From contig CAXULY010000001.1 of NCBI GenBank assembly GCA_964252075.1, positions 32,001 through 96,000 on the forward strand: DNA of 64,000 nt, read 5' to 3'. The translations under genes and the position numbers were made by a program. How positions within the stretch are numbered: position 1 is the stretch's first letter; every line of letters begins with the position of its first letter. The DNA is from an uncultured Deinococcaceae bacterium (GTDB lineage Bacteria > Deinococcota > Deinococci > Deinococcales > Deinococcaceae). Below the pieces are notes generated by a model, which was not told the DNA's origin, made no database searches, and saw only the letters and a list, made by a program, of their open reading frames with translations. This document shows, piece after piece, positions 61,619 through 64,000 of this stretch.

Positions 61619-62368
61619 TCAGGGCGTCGCCACGCGGTCCTGCGCGCGCGCCGCCTCCAGCCGCGCGGACACGCCGTACACGGCGCGCGCGGGCACGCTC
61701 ACGGTCTGCAGTTCCGGGTAGCGCAGGGCCATGAGCGCCCCGCCGAACACGCAGCCGGTGTCGAGGTTCACGGTGCGTCCCCCGGCGGCGTTCGGCGCGG
61801 TCCAGCGCGGGCGCAGCACCGGCGTGTGCCCGAACACCACGAGCGCGCGCCCCGCGTACGTGCCCATCCAGTCCTCGCGCCGCGCGATGCCGAACTCGTC
61901 CACCTCGTCGAGGTCCCGCCCGTGCACGTGGTAGCGGGCGCGCTCGGCGGGCGGCAGATCCAGGCGCTCCCCGGCGTGCACCACCGTGAGCCGCCCGTCA
62001 TCCAGCGTGACGGCGTCCGGCAGCGCCTCCAGGAAGCGCTCGACGTCCGAGACGAACGCCGGGGGCTGCCCCTGCAGCTGAGCGAGGGACACGCGCAGGC
62101 CCGGCGAGGACTTCACGGCCTCGCCGCGCAGGCAGGCCGCGAGGCGCCAGTCGTGGTTCCCCTGCACGCACAGCGCGCCGTGCTCCCGCACCGCGCGCAT
62201 CACCAGGCGCAGCACCCCCGGGGAGTCCGGGCCGCGGTCCACGAGGTCGCCCAGCAGCACCAGCCGCCGCCCCAGCGGGTGGTGCCCGCGGCGGTCGTAC
62301 CCGAGCGTGCGCATCAGCGCGTGCAGTTCACGCAGGCAGCCGTGGACGTCGCCAATCAGGTCGAACAC
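61619..62368 (-). CDS. Metallophosphoesterase (PrpE/PPP-like)
   Basis: GDVHG, GDLVDRGP, GNHD, GHTP and LDTGC. Confidence 0.92.
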   Translation of the reverse strand: MFDLIGDVHGCLRELHALMRTLGYDRRGHHPLGRRLVLLGDLVDRGPDSPGVLRLVMRAVREHGALCVQGNHDWRLAACLRGEAVKSSPGLRVSLAQLQGQPPAFVSDVERFLEALPDAVTLDDGRLTVVHAGERLDLPPAERARYHVHGRDLDEVDEFGIARREDWMGTYAGRALVVFGHTPVLRPRWTAPNAAGGRTVNLDTGCVFGGALMALRYPELQTVSVPARAVYGVSARLEAARAQDRVATP

Positions 62369-63382
62369 TCAGGCCTCGCGAATGGCGAGCTGGCGCGTCA
62401 CCGCCAGGATGCTCGCGGCCGCGTCCCGCCCCGGCAGGTCCTGCAAGGCCGCCTCCAGCAGCGCGAGCCCCGCGCCCGCCTCCTGCGCCGCCACCGCCTG
62501 CGCGCCGTCCAGCACGCCGGACGCCAGCATCCACACCATGACCTCGCGGATCGCCTGCGGGTCCTTCGCGGTGCGGGGCAGCGCCATCTGCTGCAGGAAC
62601 ACCTCGCGCTGCGCGAGCGGCGCGCCAGCCAGCCAGCGCAGGTTGATCAGGGTGCGTTTGCCCTCCAGCAGGTCCCCGCCGATCTCCTTGCCGTAGGCGT
62701 GCGCGTCCGCGACGAGGTTCAGCACGTCGTCACGAATCTGGAAGGCGGCGCCCAGGTGCAGGCCCGCCGCCGTGAAGCGCGCATCCGGCGCGCGGCCCGC
62801 GACGAGCGCGCCGAGCCGCAACGGCACCACGACCGTGTAGTACGACGTCTTGAGGCGCACCATCTGCAGGTAATCGTCCTCCGTGAGGTCCCAGCGCCCC
62901 GCGTCCACCCACGCGAGGTCCAGGTGCTGGCCCTCCGCGGTGCGGTTCACCATGCCCAGCAGTTCCTCCGGGGCGCCCGGCACGCCCGCCCGCAGCGCCG
63001 CCGCCCACATGTACGCGTGCAGCGCGTCCCCGGCGTTCAGCGCGAGCGGCACCCCGTGAATGCGGTGCAGGGCCGGCCGACCGCGCCGCTCCTCGGAGTC
63101 GTCCGCGATGTCGTCGTGAATCAGCACCCAGTTCTGGAAGAGTTCGATGCTGGCCGCCAGCCACAGCGCCGCCTCCCACGCCGCCCCGCCCGCCTGCACG
63201 CCGTGCGCCAGGGCGCTCTGCAGCATGAGTTCACTGCGGATGCCCTTGCCGCCCCGCTCCGGGTAATCGCGCAGCATGCGGTAGAAGTCGTTCAGTTCAG
63301 GCCGGTCGGCGTCGCCGGGCAGCAGGTCATGCATGCGCCGCGCGATCTCGGGCCTCAGGTGCGGGGACACGTTGGACGGCAC
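62369..63382 (-). CDS. Polyprenyl diphosphate synthase (probably GGPP synthase)
   Basis: GGKGIR, FARM HDDIAD with W at -5, GQHLDL, KT, FQIRDD and DLLEGKRT. TACACT 6 nt before GTG 63382. Confidence 0.92.
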   Translation of the reverse strand: MPSNVSPHLRPEIARRMHDLLPGDADRPELNDFYRMLRDYPERGGKGIRSELMLQSALAHGVQAGGAAWEAALWLAASIELFQNWVLIHDDIADDSEERRGRPALHRIHGVPLALNAGDALHAYMWAAALRAGVPGAPEELLGMVNRTAEGQHLDLAWVDAGRWDLTEDDYLQMVRLKTSYYTVVVPLRLGALVAGRAPDARFTAAGLHLGAAFQIRDDVLNLVADAHAYGKEIGGDLLEGKRTLINLRWLAGAPLAQREVFLQQMALPRTAKDPQAIREVMVWMLASGVLDGAQAVAAQEAGAGLALLEAALQDLPGRDAAASILAVTRQLAIREA

Positions 63383-63483
63383 CCGCGCAGTGTAGAGCGC
63401 CGCGCGACCCGGGCGGCGGGACGCACGCCACATCGTTCAAACGGTGGATGTGCGGACGCGCGGCGCGCACTACACTGGCCAGC

Positions 63484-64000
63484 ATGACGCGCACGGGGCG
63501 GGGGAGGGCCGGCCGGTACTGGCTGCGGGCGGGCATCGCCGCCGTGGCGGTGGCCGCGCTCGCCGCGCTGCTCCTCCCGCCCACGCACCGCGCCTTCGCG
63601 CTGGAGGCCTTCCACGTCCTGACGGGCGGGAACCGGGAGGAGACGCACGCCTGGGTCGCGCAGTTCGGCGCGTGGGGTCCGCTCGCCCTGCTCGGCGCCT
63701 TCGTGCTGCAGGCCGTCATCCCGGTGCTGCCCGCGCTGGTGCTGGTCGCCGTCAGCTCGCTCGCGTACGGGCCGCTGGTGGGCGGCTTCATCGTGTACGG
63801 CGGCACCCTCCTCGGCGCGGTCGCCGGGTACTTCGTGGGTCGCTGGGTGGGGAGCGCCGCCCTGCACGCCCTGGTGGGGCGCCGCGCGCGCGCCTCCGCG
63901 TACGTCCTCGCGCGCCGCCACGGCCTGCGCGGCGTGGTCCTCGTGCGCCTCATGCCGGTGCTGTCCTCGGACGTCGTGAACATGGTGGCGGGCGCGCTGC
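63484..64000 (+). CDS. TVP38/TMEM64 (DedA-superfamily) membrane protein, 3' end outside window
   Basis: TACACT 7 nt before ATG; LQAVIPVLP, YGPLVGG, GYFVGR and VRLMPVLSSDVVN. Confidence 0.85.
   Translation, partial: MTRTGRGRAGRYWLRAGIAAVAVAALAALLLPPTHRAFALEAFHVLTGGNREETHAWVAQFGAWGPLALLGAFVLQAVIPVLPALVLVAVSSLAYGPLVGGFIVYGGTLLGAVAGYFVGRWVGSAALHALVGRRARASAYVLARRHGLRGVVLVRLMPVLSSDVVNMVAGAL

Overview
A very GC-rich bacterial chromosome segment, most likely Deinococcus. That inference rests on many leaderless genes with a TAnnnT box 6-7 nt before the start codon, Thermus-type TetR operators and a giant TamB-like gene. Housekeeping flanks (fatty-acid oxidation enzyme, B12 acyl-CoA mutase, sucCD, ABC-F ATPase, tamB-like gene, acylphosphatase, P450, prenyl synthase) surround a ~35 kb accessory island (about 4.9-39.5 kb) encoding a phage-tail-like contractile injection system (CIS). 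The CIS has one sheath, two tubes, a DUF4255-type cap, PAAR, VgrG, an Afp7-like tube initiator, gp25, baseplate J, a P2-I wedge protein, an AAA ATPase and a DUF4157 protein, arranged in two divergent operons. Four features stand out. (i) I recognise no tail fibre, lysis or T6SS membrane-complex genes; instead a 1488-aa pseudokinase-FHA-Ig-TM-Ig-repeat membrane protein, resembling the Streptomyces CisA adaptor, sits inside the baseplate operon. (ii) An FHA domain is fused to the wedge protein. (iii) An adjacent ~2200-aa polymorphic toxin appears to carry three different warheads in tandem (nuclease, ART/NADase-like, HNH-like), followed by candidate immunity genes. (iv) The DUF4157 protein has a perfect 300-bp internal duplication, and its C-terminal motif recurs in an unannotated 57-aa ORF. 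All family assignments come from motif recognition by eye; no searches were run.
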